NCBI RefSeq assembly: GCF_030144855.1
Contig: NC_082710.1
Span: 151,404,001-151,468,000, forward strand
Reading direction: 5' to 3'
Length of the DNA: 64,000 nucleotides
Source of the DNA: Hypanus sabinus
Taxonomy: Eukaryota
The translations under genes and the position numbers were made by a program. Positions 62,625-64,000 of the stretch are shown here, in pieces (position 1 is the stretch's first letter; each line of letters starts with the position of its first letter). The notes beneath the pieces were generated by a model. That model had not been told where the DNA came from. It searched no databases and saw only the letters and a list, made by a program, of their open reading frames with translations.

Positions 62625-63570
62625 TTGTTTGGTGATTGTCTATTGTCAAGAAATTACATTTTATTTGCTTCTTCCATGAACATACTTAATATTTTTGCCT
62701 CCACCACTTTCTGTGGGAGAGTACTGCCTCTTATAAATGTCCTTGATGGTGATCATGATGGAGCTGACTACTCTATGACCCTCTGCAGCATCTTTGAAAC
62801 TGGTGCAATGGAGCCTCCATACCAGGGTGTAATGCAGCCAGTCAGAATGCTTTCCAACATACATCAAAATAAATTTGCAAGCGACGTTGGTGACAGAGCA
62901 ATTCTCAAACTGCTAATGAAGTAGAACTACAATGTATTGGACAGAGGACAGATCTGCTGAAATTTGACACCTAGAAACTTGATGCTGCTCTTCCTTTCAT
63001 CCACTGAACCATCAATGATGGCTGGTGCATGTTCTCCTGACATACCCTTTCCAAGTATCAGTCAATTTATTGTTCCTTCTGATGATGAGTGCAAAGTTGT
63101 TGTTAATACCGCAGTCCGATACAACACAGTATTGCCAACTGAGGTTCAGAGGCCCAGGTTTAAAGCTTGTTGATTAGTACTGAAGGTACTTAATATTGTG
63201 GAACACTGAACAGTAATTGGTCAGCAGCAGCCTGTCATATTTTTTGATGTTATCTTGGTGCTCCAAAGCAGAGTGAAGTGGCAGTGAGAATTTAGCTGTT
63301 GAGAGCTATTGTGGCAGTCGGCAAAATGTAGCACATCCAGGTCACTGCTAAAATAGGAGTTATTTCTAGCAAAAGATTATTTCACAAAGCATTTCATCAC
63401 ATTGGATATGAGTACAGCCAAGCAATAATGATTCAGGCAGCACACCTTGTTCTTCTGGGGCATCGGTATGATTGCTGGCCTTTTGGAGCAGTGAAAGGTT
63501 ATTGAAGATGTACTTGAGAACTCCATCCATTTGGTCATGACTGGTTTTTAGTAGTCAGTCAGAGGCTTAG
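62625..63570 (-). mobile_element. Rex1/Babar-like LINE RT to C-terminus, decayed
   Basis: Reverse-strand relics: LHYTLVWRLHCT.., KSIIKD (ORF 62661..62867), and TTLALIIRRN/GCVLSP-type remnants at 63050-63450. Confidence 0.65.
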
Positions 63571-63659
63571 ATAGGGCCGTTTGGAGTTTCACCCTTTAGA
63601 AGAATGGATATTCTTACATTGGAATCCTAATAGGGTCATGGGATGATATGGGGATTTAT

Positions 63660-63990
63660 AAGATCATAAGATGTAGGAGAAAATTAGGCCAGTTGGCTCA
63701 TCGAGTCTGCTGTCCTATTCCATCATGGTTGATCTATTTTGCCGCTTAACTCAGCCCCAATTTCCTGCCTTCCCCCCATATCTCTTCATGCTCTAGCCAA
63801 TCAAGAATCTAACCTCCACCAGATTCACCACTCTCTGGCTTAGGAAATTCCTCCTTATTTCCATTCTAAAAGGATGACACTCTATTCTGAGGCTGAATAC
63901 TCTTATCTTAGACAGTGCCACCATAATAAACATCCTCTCCCCATCCATTCTATCAAGGCCTTTCACCATTCCCCAATAGTTTTCTATTTG
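63660..63990 (-). mobile_element. CR1 3' tail fragment
   Basis: cataagatgtaggagaaaattaggcc... same tail as at 6318 and 45925. Confidence 0.7.
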
Positions 63991-64000
63991 GTCTCGCTTC

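Overview
This is vertebrate genomic DNA. The repeat content (CR1/HER1-type LINEs, HE1/V-type SINE, Penelope-like elements) and the one host gene point to a cartilaginous fish, probably a batoid (inference). Most of the window is nested, decayed transposable elements. One host gene is visible: the 5' part of a minus-strand MHC class I-like gene. It has a 52-nt leader exon (31551-31602, MFLCVVLGFFHLQVVLS) under an X-Y box promoter in a CpG-rich region. A 261-nt alpha-1 exon lies at 2576-2836, implying a ~28.7-kb first intron. The alpha-2 and later exons are not in the window and presumably lie left of position 1. The alpha-1 domain keeps Y7, Y59, W60 and the N86 sequon but has Glu at position 84 and an extra Cys, i.e. 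it looks non-classical. The most unusual TE structures are: (1) a full-length CR1 whose 5' end is three near-identical 180-bp promoter-like monomers; (2) Penelope-derived units carrying hammerhead ribozyme motifs, one of them a 289-bp palindrome with a motif on each strand; (3) a piggyBac with an ATAG rather than TTAA target duplication; (4) an open-frame L1 RT fragment replacing part of a CR1; and (5) five solo-LTR-like inserts. I found no rRNA, tRNA gene, CRISPR array or prokaryotic system. Most listed ORFs are TE relics or antisense noise. Boundaries of decayed repeats are approximate.
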